Made by a program: the position numbers and the translations under genes
Part shown: one piece after another, positions 63,055 to 64,000 of the stretch
Numbering within the stretch: the stretch's first letter is position 1
Layout of the letters: every line of letters starts with the position of its first letter
Assembly (NCBI GenBank): GCA_030264375.1
Contig: JASCQW010000098.1
Coordinates: 61,888,238 to 61,952,237 of the forward strand
DNA from: Carcharhinus longimanus
Taxonomy: Eukaryota
Length of the DNA: 64,000 nt
Direction of reading: 5' to 3'
The notes under the pieces: model-generated
Told to the model about the DNA's origin: nothing
The model's database searches: none
What the model saw: the letters and a program-made list of their open reading frames with translations, nothing else

Positions 63055-64000
63055 CAAACAGGAGCAACTTTTATTTATATGGTACCTCTAATATACTGAA
63101 ACAGCCAAGGTGCTTCACAGGAGTATTATTAAAAAACACTGAGCCATATAAGGAGATATTGGGTGGAATTTTCCTGTCCCGCCCACCACAGGAATCATAG
63201 CTGGGGGTGGGGGGCGGAACGCAGACCATGCAAAGGTCCATTGACCTTGGGTGGGATTTTCTGATCTTGAGAGGAGCGTGGCTGGAAAGTCCTGCCCATT
63301 AGGTCAAGTTACCAAATGTTTGGTCAAAGAGGTAGATTTTAAGGAGTATCTTAAAGGAGGAAAGTGGGGTAGAGAGACAGAGAGAAATAGGGAGGGAATT
63401 CAACAGCATGGGGTCCAGGCACAGCTATCAATGGTGAAGCAATGAAAACTGTGGATGCACAAGAGACCAGAATTAGAGGAGCACAAATACCTCAGAGGGT
63501 TGTGGGGCTGGAAACAATTACAGTGATAGGGAGTGGTGACGTAATGGGGGGAATTGGAAATGAAGATGTTGTTTGACCAGAAACTAAAGTGGGACAGCAA
63601 GCACAGGGGAATGGGACTGGCTGCAAATTAAGACATGGCCAGTGGAGTTTTGGATGACCTCAAGTTTACAAAGGATAGAATGTGGGAGGCCAGCCAAGAC
63701 TGTGTTGGAATAGTTGAATTTAAAAATAGCAAAGGGATGAATGAGGATTTCATCAGCTGATGAGCTGAGACAAGGGCAAAGCCAAGCAACGTTACTGAGG
63801 TGCAAATAGGCAGCCTTAGTGATGGCATTGGAACCTCAACTCGAGATCAAATGTGGCATCAATATTGTTGAGAGACTAGCTTAATAATAGACTGCAGGGA
63901 CAGTAGGTAGGGAGCAGAATCTGGTGCAGACACTGGAAACAATATCTTAATTCTTCCCAATATCTGATTGGTGCTGGATGTCAAATGCACAGCCCAATAA
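63055..64000 (-). mobile_element. L2-clade LINE 3' fragment
   Basis: Minus-strand translation EILIHPF...FNYSNTVLAGLPHSILCKLEVIQNS resembles the L2 ORF2 LDYCNxLLAGLP...LQxxQN motif. Confidence 0.8.
63161..63297. mobile_element. 137-bp MITE with 3-bp target duplication ATT
   Basis: att|gggtggaattttcc...ggaaagtcctgccc|att. Imperfect 14-bp terminal inverted repeats (10/14), inserted in the L2 element. Confidence 0.7.

Overview
Vertebrate genomic DNA from a gapped draft assembly, very likely an elasmobranch (shark), judging from HE1-type V-SINEs, a Deu-domain SINE and CR1/L2 LINE relics. There is one real protein-coding gene: an intronless class III POU transcription factor, best matching POU3F3/Brn1 (34691-35875, +, 394 aa, with a 15-Gln tract). 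It sits in a ~15 kb block with no recognisable transposons, inside a ~35 kb CpG-retaining domain (~25.8-61.0 kb) whose right edge coincides with a near-consensus CTCF motif. This domain holds several motif-dense candidate enhancers. The flanks are CpG-poor and full of nested SINEs, LINE fragments and MITE-like elements. They also carry Penelope-like pseudo-LTR relics with minimal hammerhead-ribozyme motifs, two of them arranged as fold-back inverted repeats and all three damaged at the same CpG. The other ORFs in the track are repeat-derived or spurious. I cannot establish a wholly new biological system from sequence alone. The best leads are the hammerhead relics, the CpG-domain/CTCF architecture and the mosaic polyQ-bearing POU3F3.
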